DNA from: Paraspadella gotoi
Lineage: Eukaryota > Animalia > Chaetognatha
Assembly: GCA_051294375.1 (NCBI GenBank)
Contig: CM119264.1
Location: 8,988,764 to 9,052,763, forward strand
Length of the DNA stretch: 64,000 bases
Direction: 5' to 3'
Positions 53,669-64,000 of the stretch are shown in pieces (the stretch's first letter is position 1; every line of letters starts with the position of its first letter). Both the position numbers and the translations under genes were made by a program. Below the pieces are notes generated by a model. The model was not told the DNA's origin and ran no database searches. It worked only from the letters and a program-made list of their open reading frames with translations.

Positions 53669-53837
53669 TTATCCTCTTAGTCGGCCTCATTCTCAACTTT
53701 TCGGCCGTTAAGCGTCACTGGCGTCTCATCGGCGTCGTTCATTTGTTTCTTCTCGGCGTTGTGGATTTGATCGCCGCCTTCCTCGCCACCTACTGGCAAT
53801 TTGCAATCTACGCCGTCGCTCATGGCTCCCTCTTTAG
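53669..53837 (+). CDS. MCT/SLC16 exon 5
   Basis: VILLVGLILNFSAVKRHWRLIGVVHLFLLGVVDLIAAFLATYWQFAIYAVAHGSLF (TM9-10). CCAG acceptor, GT donor, phase 1 to 2. Confidence 0.82.
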
Positions 53838-54118
53838 GTACGGAAAGTTGTCGGTTAACAGAATTCTTAAACAGCGTGTTTATTTTGTCAAATTTTTAAT
53901 ATGGGAATTCATAATTATGCTGAGAGGCATCAATGAATTAGAATTTATGGAAAAAATGTGTCGTTCTTGTGTTTGGGAAACGGGAACTAAACAATAACTA
54001 ATTTACCAAATAAAAAAATATAGTACAAGATTTGGTGCTTGTAATAACAGAAAGTCACTATAAAATTCCTAAATCTTAAACAACGCCGACCAACTGACAT
54101 CAATCTCTTCTCTTACAG

Positions 54119-54416
54119 CATTTCTTTGGTGCTCCGAGCGCCGCTCCTCATCGATTTGATGGAGCGGCGCCATCTGGAGTCGCTTCTCGGAATTCTCAAC
54201 TTCTTCAAGGGCGTCGGCTACTTGGCAATTCCCGGCGTTGGCGGCCTTCTTCTTAAAACCTACGGGCGCTACGACGCCGCTTACTTCTTCAACGCTGCTG
54301 CCAACTCTACAGCAGCGTCGGCTCTGGCTGCGGCGTGTTGGCTGCGTCGGCGGCGGGAGAAGGCGCTTGCTGCTGCGTCGGCGACGGCGGCGAAGGTTAA
54401 AACGGATTCAGAATAA
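54119..54416 (+). CDS. MCT/SLC16 terminal exon 6
   Basis: SISLVLRAPLLIDLMERRHLESLLGILNFFKGVGYLAIPGVGGLLLKTYGRYDAAYFF...TDSE*: the MCT TM11-12 motif (DL.G......G....G.G....P..G.L....G.Y...F). ACAG acceptor in phase. Confidence 0.85.
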
Positions 54417-54445
54417 CAAATTTATTTTTATCTCGCCAGACGGGC

Positions 54446-54507
54446 GAATCATCGCATCAATATTTGGTTATCATCGCATCAATCATTTGGTTATCATCGC
54501 ATCAATA
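54446..54507 (+). repeat. 22-23 bp tandem repeat in the putative MCT 3' UTR
   Basis: ATCATCGCATCAATATTTGGTT x ~2.7. Confidence 0.8.
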
Positions 54508-54649
54508 TTTTTTTTTTAAATATTTTGTGATCAATGACTAAAAAAAAGAAATAAAAGAAAAACAAGCATTTTTTACAATTATTTACAATTGGAATTTGTT
54601 ACAATTTTTTATTGTTAGAAGTTGTAAAAGTGTATATTTTTATTTGTAT

Positions 54650-54930
54650 TAAAATTTACATATAGCTTTTCATCATCAAGATATTTTAAATTGTCATATT
54701 TTATATGGATCTAAATATTTTTTGTATGAATATCTTCAATATTATGATTTACTGCAATATGCAAATTAGAATGGAGTATAATATATACCAATTTATATAT
54801 TGCAGTTAGTATTATATTCCAATTTGCATATTGCAGTAAATCATAATGAGAAGGAAATTCAAACAAAAAATATTTGAATCCATATGAAATATAACAATTT
54901 CAGAGATGAGAAGCCATATCAAAATTTTTA
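54650..54930. mobile_element. Degenerate AT-rich fold-back (MITE-like)
   Basis: Perfect inner arms ATTATGATTTACTGCAATATGCAAATT / AATTTGCATATTGCAGTAAATCATAAT, extending imperfectly about 90 bp outward. Confidence 0.55.
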
Positions 54931-55499
54931 ACTTATTATTAACTTGAAAGCATATTTTTATAAAAATCAATCATAATTCGTAGTAGTTTTTATGTAAAAT
55001 AAAAATCTTAAGCCGTAGTCGCCTTTATATAAACTATAGTAGTTTTTATATAAAAAAGAAAAAAAGCGTGACGACAACGACGACGATGCTTCCGACAACG
55101 ACAACGACTTCTGGCGAGATAAAAACATAATTTTGTAGCGAAAGAATGTATTGACTTTCCCTAAAATCGACTGACTCTCTTTCTCTCTTTCTCTTCCTCT
55201 TCCTCTTCCTGCCCTGCCTCGCTCTCCGTTTTACACCTGATGCATTCTAATCATCGGAAAATCAATATTCCTTCCCTGGAGGCAAACCCGACACCAACTG
55301 AGAACCAGGTCCGCTCCGGGAAGATCTCAATCAATCCTTTGGATGCACTCGGTCAATCATTGAGTAGAGCTCAAAGTTTTAGTTTGAGTGATTAAATATT
55401 CGCATCTTTAACAAGTAATCATTTATTCAACTTTTCAGTTTGAAAGAATAATAAGATTATAATTCTTTCTGTTAATAAGAATTCAATATTCCTATTCAA

Positions 55500-55537
<38 letters not shown>

Positions 55538-56443
55538 CTCTCTCCCGCTGTTATGCATATGAAAGTAGCGACCCAGGCTTTCTTATCCGCAAAACAAGCC
55601 CCTTTCTTGATTATCATTCTGTAGGAAGTTTCAGGGCGCAGCTCCATCGCATGCTCGCCTACCCCATCCCCCCATCGATCCAACCTCCAACACGACGGTT
55701 GGATGCCGCAATTGAATTTCCCCTCCGCATTCTATGGTGGCGGAGAAGCGGAGAAGCGGAGAAGCGGAGAAGCAGCGAGGCCTCGCAATCAATTGGTTTT
55801 CTCGCGTCGCAAACAATCAGCCCAAAGATTGGTACCGCAATCGCTGAATCTTTGTCGCTGCAGGGCCTCAAATTTAACCCCTTGGTGGTGGCGCAGCCAA
55901 CAAAACTTAAAAGACCTTCAAAACATGTGGGGAATGAAAGTAGGCCGAAAACAAAGCTGAAACAGTATTCCCGACTAAGCTCGTCGTTTGTATTCTAGGT
56001 CAAAAGCCTCAATTAAAAACATTAAAGTCAAAATCGCGATCCCATTAAAAAGCCCGGGCACTTTAGCTCTGTCTCTCCAATCCACACCGACCCAGTCACA
56101 CTCTACGAACCACTCCAAACCCCTCTTCGCCATCAACACCCCCGTCGCCGGCGTCGTCCCCCCTTCTTTCTCATTTCTCTCGTCATGCAACTTTCCTTTC
56201 ACTCGCGAATTTGTTAAGGGGACTCAATCGTGGAGCGACTTCAAAGGAGGAGGGACGGAGACCCGAATCTTATTCGGGTGAGGTCGCCATGGAGATTAAT
56301 TAAGTTGAGGGGGAAAGTTTTTTTCGAAAGAGAAAAAAAATTAGCCCTGCATTGAATAATGTACCATAGAGAAAAAAAAATTTAAAAAGGAGAAAAAAGG
56401 GGAAAAAACCGCCCCGTTGATGAGAAACGATCCCTCTCCCCTT

Positions 56444-56501
<58 letters not shown>

Positions 56502-57028
56502 AAACTGTAAAGCGTTTCTAGGATTTTCTCAGCCATCCTCGTTTCGTCATCTCTGTTTTGGTTCGTTTCTGTCTTCTCTCGATTCGCTTTTCTGCGTTCA
56601 CCCTTCGATTCATTTTATCTTGAGCATGCATGAATGAATTCTTGGGAACGTTTATTTTCTTTTAACTGTCAATCCTTCAGTTCAAGCATTCGTATTTGAG
56701 TCGGCCAGTCGATAAAAGCTGTTTATTTTTTTTGCCATACAATAGATTCTCAGTGAATGTTAACAAATTTTTACCAATTAGTCAAATGAAAAATCGTCTA
56801 AATTTTTTTACATTATCTCGCGAAAACTTAAAATGAATCTTAAACTCGAACACATTTAAAAAAAACATTTCCCAATTTGGTTTGTATACAGTTTCCCTTA
56901 AAAGCTCCCCCGCTTTGCCAGAGACGTTCACTCTTCTCACCTTTTCCAAGATTCCATTCCGGTGCCTTTGTTGTCCCGACCCTTAATCCACCTCTTCCTC
57001 TTCCTCATCCTTCGAATTCCCTAGATGT

Positions 57029-57088
<60 letters not shown>

Positions 57089-57344
57089 CTCTTTTCTCTC
57101 TCTCTCTCTCTCTCTTGCTATTTTCTTCTTCTCCCGCTCTCTCAATCTTCTCGCCTTTCTAATCTTCGATACACTCTCTGTTTCACTTAGATTCTAAGTC
57201 GAAACTCGTGCTAGGATTAAAATCAAGCATTTTCTCTCTCTCTCACTATCTCATTTATCTCTCTCTCTCCGCTCTCTCTCTCTCTTCTCTTCCTCTTTCT
57301 CTCTCTCACTCTCTTCTCCCTCTGCCTCAAAAAAGTTTCAAATA

Positions 57345-57358
57345 TAAATTATTATTAT

Positions 57359-57389
<31 letters not shown>

Positions 57390-57400
57390 TTAATAATAAT
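57345..57400. repeat. (TAA)n/(TTA)n microsatellite
   Basis: Read directly; mirrored at ~59905-59980. Confidence 0.9.
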
Positions 57401-58633
57401 AAGAAGAATTTATTATTATATTATAGCAAAAAAGAAAAGGAAAATGATAGAGAATTCAATTGTTTTTATTTTGAACATCGTTTTTATCTCTCTTTTGCTT
57501 CGCGACATTCTCCTCTAAATCCCTCCAAATACCCCAAGCACATGGCATCTTGAAAACCTAGCCTTCTGAAACCTAAGTCATGGTAAAGTCATTTCTCAAC
57601 ACAACTTTTTGATCTTTAAAGGGACAACGTTGCCTTCCGATGCGCGAGTGAGACCCAAGCCTCGCTTAAGGAACATAATGACACAAAATGAAAACATAAG
57701 TTTGGGCTCTCTTTGGACGTGATGTCGAAAGTTAGGGTCATTCTTTCGAGTTCGCTTTGAAATCAGAAAAAAATTCCATCTCCTGTTGCAATGCGAACAA
57801 GGACGAGATAATTATTGGGAAAATTTTTCATTGATCTCCCCTAAATACTGATACCCTTCATTGTCTTACTTTTACATTGAAGTAATTTTTCCATAAATTC
57901 GAATTTTTATTTTTTAATTGAGACAGCTGAAATCTTGCGTCTGGGCCTCCTTTAATAAAGGAATTTTAACAGTGGTATGATCTCCTTCATATACGCACAG
58001 AAAGGACAGAAAAAAAAGGTCAAATCCCTCTTAAAATGCAAACAAGGATATCATTTCATTAGTAATATTTTCTCATCAACCCTTGTGATTATCTTTCCGG
58101 TTTCCGTTGAGTCTTGTTCGCAACGGATTTTATTTCAGGAGAGATTAAAGAGCACTTCCCTTCTTCTCATACTTGTATTAATGTTGGGAGTTATATTTTT
58201 ATGCAATTAATGATTGACTCTAAAAGAACTTGAATTAAAATTTTATGATTTCATAAAAACACCACCCCATCATTATGTTCCTTAAACTCATCCCAACCAT
58301 ACCATTTACAAATTCTTTCTCTTTGCAATAGTCACCCCTCGGCCATTCCATCGCCAAGGTAGCGCCATCGCGAACACCAATCCTCAGTTGAACTGGTGCC
58401 ATCGCAAATTCCATGTGAACTCCTGCCGACGATGGAATCGCCGACGAAATCGACTTCGGTGAACGAATTCACGTCAATTCCACTTTCACGTCGCTCACAA
58501 ACAATTCAGTTCAACGGATCTAATGGCCATTACCCCTTTTGAGGAAACTTTCTCTCTCTCTCTNNNNNNNNNNNNNNNNNNNNNNNNNGCTTTCTCTTTC
58601 TCTCTCTCTCTCTGTCTCTCTTTCTCTCTCTGC

Positions 58634-58666
<33 letters not shown>

Positions 58667-60221
58667 CACCGAACTCGATTGTTTTTTTTATTTTTTTTAG
58701 TTAGAGAGAGAAATTTTCCTCAAAAGGGGTAAATGGCCATTAGGGTCGCGTGAACTAATTGTTTGTGAGCGACGTGAAAGTGGATTGACGTGAATTCTTC
58801 ACCGAAGTCGATTTCGCGACGATTCCTTCGTCGGCAGCGTTCACATGGAATTTGCGATGGCACCAGTTCAACTGAGGATTGGTGTTCGCGATGGCGCTAC
58901 CTTGGCGATGGAATGGCCGGAGGGGTGACTATTGGCAAGAGAAAGAAAATTGTAAATGTATGGTTGGGATGAGTTTAAGGAACATAATGATGGGGTGGTG
59001 TTTTTAATGAACATCATAAAAATTTATTAATTCAAAGTTCTTTTAGAGTTCAATCATTAAATTGCATAAAAAATATAACTCCCAACATTAATAGCAAGTA
59101 TGTAGAAGAAGGGAAGTGGGCTCTTTAATGCTCTGCCTGAAATAAAAATCCGTTGGCGAACAAAGACTCAACGGAAACCGGAAAGAATAATCACCACGCA
59201 ACAAAGGGTTGATGAGAAAATATTACTAAAATGAAATGAATATCCTTGTTTGGCATTTTAAGAGGGATTTGAAACCTTTTTTTTCTGTCCTTTCGCTGTG
59301 CGTATATGAAAGGAGATCATACCACTGTAAATTTCCTTTATTAAAGGAGGCCCAGACGCAAAGATTTCAGCTGTCCTCATTAAAAAATAAAAATTCGAAT
59401 TTATGGAAAAATTAAGCTCAATGTAAAAGTAAGACAATGAAAGGGTATCAGTATTTAGGGGAGATCAAAATGAAAAAATTTTCCCAATAATTATCTCGTC
59501 CTTGTTCCGCATTGGCAACAAGGAGATGGAAATTTTTTTTCTGATTTCAAAAAGCGAACTCGAAAAATGACCCTAACTTTCGACATGCACGTCCAAAGAG
59601 AGGCCCAAACTTATGTTTTCATTTTGTGGTCATTATGTTCCCTTAAGTGCGAGGCTTGGGTCTCACTCGCGCATCGGAAGGCAACGTTGTCCCTTTAAAG
59701 ATCAAAAAAGTTGTGTTGAGAAATGACCTTTACCATGACTTAGGTTTCAGAAGGCATGGTTTTGCAAAAGATGCCATGTTGCTTGGGGTATTTGGAGGGA
59801 TTTAGTTAAGGAGAAATGTCGCGAATGCAAAAGAGAGATAAAAACGTGATGTCAAAATAAAAACAACGTTGAATTCTCTATCATTTTCCTTTTCTTTTTT
59901 GCTAATAATATAATAATAAATTCTTAATTATTAAATTTATTATTATTATTATTATATTATTATAAATAAATAATAATTTATATTTGAAACTTTTTTGAGG
60001 GCAGAGGTGAGACAGAGAGTGAGAGAGAGAAAAGAGGAAGAGAAGAGAGAGAAGAGAGACGGAGAGAGAGAGATAATGAGATAGTGAGAGAGAGAGAAAA
60101 TGCTTGATTTTAATCCTAGCACGAGTTTCGACCTTAGAATCTAAGTGAAACAGAGAGTGTATCGAAGATTAGAAAGGCGAGCAGAGATTGAGAGAGCGGG
60201 AGAGAGAAAAAATAGCAAGAG

Positions 60222-60311
<90 letters not shown>

Positions 60312-60841
60312 ATCTAGGGAATTCTGAAGGATGAGGAAGAGGAAGAGGTGGATTAAGGGTCGGGACAACAAAGGCACCGGAATGGAATCTTGGAAAAGGT
60401 GAGAAGAGTGAAACGTCTCTGGCAAAGCGGGGGAGCTTTTAAGGGAAACTGTATACAAACCAAATTGGGAAGGATGTTTTTTTAAATGTTTCGAGTTTAA
60501 GATTCATTTTAAGTTTTCGCGAGATAATGTTAAAAAATTTAGACGATTTTTCATTTGAACTAATTGGTAAAAATTTGTTAACATTCACTGAGAATCTATT
60601 GTATGGCAAAAAAAATACACGCTTTTATCGACTGGCCGACTCAAAATACGAATGCTTGAACTGAAGGATTGACAGTTTAAAAGAAAATAAACGTTCCCAA
60701 GAATTCATTCATGCATGCTCAAGATAAAATGAATCGAAGGGTGAACGCAGAAAAGCGAATCGAGAGAAAGACAGAAACGAACCAAAACAGAGATGACGAA
60801 CGAGATGGCTGAGAAAATCCTAGAAACGCTTTTAGCAGTTT

Positions 60842-60897
<56 letters not shown>

Positions 60898-62941
60898 AGG
60901 GAGAGAGATCGTTTCTCATCAACGGGGGGCGGTTTTTTCCCCTTTTTGCTCCTTTTTAAATTTTTTTTTTCTCTATGGTAATTATTCAATGCAGGGCTAA
61001 TTTTTTTTTCTCTTCGAAAAAAAACTTTTCCCCTCAACTTAATTAATTCTCCATGGCGACCTCACCCGAATAAGATTCGGGTCTCCGTCCCTCCTCCTTT
61101 GAAGTCGCTCCACGATTGAGTCCCCTTAAACAAATTCGCGATGTGAAAGGAAAGTTGCATGACGAGAGAAATGAGAAAGGGGGGACGACGCCGGCGACGG
61201 GGGTGTTGATGGCGAAGAGGGGTTTTGGAGTGGTTCGTAGAGTGTGACTGGGTCGGTGTGGATTGGAGAGACAGAGCTAAAGTGCCCGGGCTTTTAATGG
61301 GATCGCGATTTTGACTTTAATGTTTTTATTGAGGCTTTTGACGCTAGAATACAAACGACGAGCTTAGTCGGGAATACTGTTTCAGCTTTGTTTTCGGCCT
61401 ACTTTCATTCCCACATGTTTTGAAGGTCTTTTAAGTTTTGTTGGCTGCGCCACCACCAAGGGGTTAAATTTGAGGCCCTGCAGCGACAAAGATTCAGCGA
61501 TTGCGGTAACCAATCTTTGGGCTGTATTGTTTGTGCGACCGAGAAAACCAATTGATTGCGAGGCCTCGCTGCTTCTTCTCGCTTCTCCGCTTCTCCCGCT
61601 TCTCCGCCACCATAGAATGGCGGAGGGGAAATTCAATTGCGGCGGCAATCCAACGTCGTGTTGGAGGTTGGATCGATGGGGGGATGGGGTAGGCGAGCAT
61701 GCGATGGAGCTGGCGCCTGGAAACTCCTACAGAATGATTAATCAAAGAAAGGGGGCTTGTTTTGCGGATAAGAAAGCCTGGGTCGCTACTTCATATGCAT
61801 ACAGCGGGAGGAAGAGAGAGAGAGTTAGAGAAGAGAGAGAGAGAGAGATATTGAGATACGAAATATGAATTATTTTAAAGCAGAAAGAATTATATCTTTT
61901 ATTCTTCAAAAATGAAAAGTTGAATATAATGATTACTTACTTGTTAAAGATGCGAATATTTAATCACCTCAAACTAAAACTTTGAGCTCTACTCAAATGA
62001 TTGACGAGTGCATCCAAAGGATTGATTGAGATCTTCCCGGAGCGGCCTGGTTCTCAGTTGGTGTCGGATTTGCCTCCAGGGAAGGAATATTGATTTTCCG
62101 ATGATTAGAATGCATCAGGTGTAAAACGGAGAGCGAGGCAGGGCAGGAAGAGGAAGAGGAAGAGAAAGAGAGAAAGGAGTCAGTTGATTTTAGGGAAAGT
62201 CAATACATTCTTTCGCTACAATAATTATGTTTTTATCTCGCCAGAAGTCGTTGTTCGTTGTCGGAAGCATCGTCGTCGTTGTCGTCACGCTTTTTTTCTT
62301 TTTTATATAAAAACTACTATAGTTTATATAAAGGCGACTACGGCTTAAGATTTTTATTTTACATAAAAACTACTACGAATTATGATTGATTTTTATAAAA
62401 ATATGCTTTCAAGTTAATATATAAGTTAAAAAATTTTGATATGGCTTCTCATCTCTGAAATTGTTATATTCATATGGATTCAAATATTTTTTGTTTGAAT
62501 TTCCTTCTCATTATGATTTACTGCAATATGCAAATTTGGAATATAATACTATACTGCAATATATAAATTGTATATATTATACTCCATTCTAATTTTACAT
62601 ATTAAGTAAATCATAATATTGAGATATTCATACAAAAAATATTTAGATCCATATAAAATATGACAATTTAAAAATCTTGATGATGAAAAGCTATATGTAA
62701 ATTTTAATACAAATAAAAATATACACTTTACAACTTCTAACAATAAAAAATTGTAACAAATTCCAATTGTAAATAATTGTAAAAAATGCTTGTTTTTCTT
62801 TATTTCTTTTTTTAGTGCATTGATCACAAAATATTTAAAAAAAAAATATTGATGCGATGATAACCAAATGAATTGATGCGATGATAACCAAATATTGATG
62901 CGATGATTCGCCCGTCTGGCGAAGATTAAAAATAAATTTTG

Positions 62942-63705
62942 TTATTCTGAATCCGTTTTAAACCTTCGCCGCCGTCGCCGACGCAGCAGCAAAGCGCCTT
63001 CTCCCGCGCCGCCCGACGCAGCCACACCGCCGCAGCCAGAGCCGACGCTGCTGTAGAGTTGGCAGCAGCGTTTGAAGAAGTAAGCGGCGTCGTACGCGCC
63101 GTAGGTTTTAAGAAGAAGGCCGCCAACGCCGGGAATTGCCAAGTAGCCGACGCCCTTGAAGAAGTTGAGAAATTCCGAGAAGCGACTCCAGATGGCGCCG
63201 CTCATCAAATCGATGAGGAGCGGCGCTCGGAGCACCAAAGAAATGCTGTAAGAGAAGAGATTGATGTCAGTTGGTCGGGTTGTTTAAGATTTAGGAATTT
63301 TATAGTGACTTTCTGTTATTACAAGCACCAAATTCTTGTACTATATTTTTTTTTTGGTAATTAGTTATTTGTTTAGTTCCCGTTCCAAACACAAGAACGA
63401 CACATTTTTCCATAAATTCTAATTCATTGATGCTCTCTCACAGCATAATATTGAATTCCCATATTAAAAAAATTTGAACAAGATAAACCGGCTGTTTTAA
63501 AATTTGTTTAAACCTGACAAATTTCCGTACCCCTAAAGAGGGACCATGAGCGACGGCAGGTAGATTGCAAATTGCCAGTAGGTGGCGAGGAAGGCCGGGC
63601 GATCAAATCCACAACGCCGAGAAGAAACAAATGAAGACGCCGATGAGACGCCTAGTGACGCTTAACGCCGAAAGTTTGAAATGAGGCCGACTAAGAGGAT
63701 ATAAC
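62942..63705 (-). pseudogene. Inverted frameshifted duplicate of MCT exons 5-6 (probably an assembly duplicate)
   Basis: Mirror of 53669-54416 with indels (reads ...FFKGVGYLAIPGVGGLLLKTYG.YDAAYFF). Confidence 0.6.
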
Positions 63706-64000
63706 CTGGAATTGCAAGAGGGAGAAAAAGAAATATAAATTGATCGAGATTAACCAATTTTATTTACTTTTCAATTCAATATTTATTTGCCTTAATAGTT
63801 TTAAGGGGCCCTCATTAATGGTGCAAGAAAAAGACGCTGTGAAAGTTATAAGCTATTAGAAGGTTGGAGTCTTAGCTACAAAAGAGAGATAGAAGGATTA
63901 AAGTAAAATGCATCACAATTGTATAATGTAAGGGGGAAGATTAGTTTATTTATTTTAATCTGTTAAAATTGTTATAAATTTTGCATCATGCAATTTATAT

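Larger units (their letters stand above)
53380..64000. repeat. Giant inverted repeat, arms over 5 kb (~53380-58563 and ~58700-64000), running off the window
   Basis: The right arm is an insertion-rich reverse complement of the left arm. The centre is (CT)n plus a 25-N gap (58564-58588). Confidence 0.95.

Noticed and set aside
55545-55998. Open frame of ~150 codons containing (CGGAGAAG)x4
   Set aside because: No recognisable motif or clear splice borders; cannot be supported as coding without expression data.
45435-63705. A tandem family of MCT paralogs or pseudogenes
   Set aside because: The extra copies match introns and exons equally and differ mainly by 1-bp indels; better explained as assembly duplicates.

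Overview
Animal (metazoan) genomic scaffold: AT-rich introns, GC-rich exons and many (CT)n/(GA)n tracts. Two genes can be read by hand. (1) A minus-strand Ig-FN3-FN3-FN3 receptor ectodomain gene: eight phase-consistent GT-AG exons at 1102-6165, continuing off the left end. It most resembles a PTP99A-type receptor tyrosine phosphatase; Sidekick/Dscam-like is the alternative. (2) A six-exon SLC16/monocarboxylate-type MFS transporter gene, with exons 1-3 at 43.8-45.2 kb and exons 4-6 at 53.0-54.4 kb. From about 10.6 kb on, the window is mostly multi-kb direct and inverted duplications, including two fold-backs with 5-6 kb arms. Many junctions sit on microsatellites or on gaps of exactly 25 N, and the copies differ mainly by 1-bp indels. 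This most likely reflects long-read gap filling around mis-oriented contigs; the window collapses to roughly 34 kb of unique sequence. The best candidate for new biology is a 180-250 bp dispersed element (20342-20592 and 43431-43614) with an invariant 43-nt core and hairpin stems that are kept while loops vary. Nearly all other listed ORFs are microsatellite noise.
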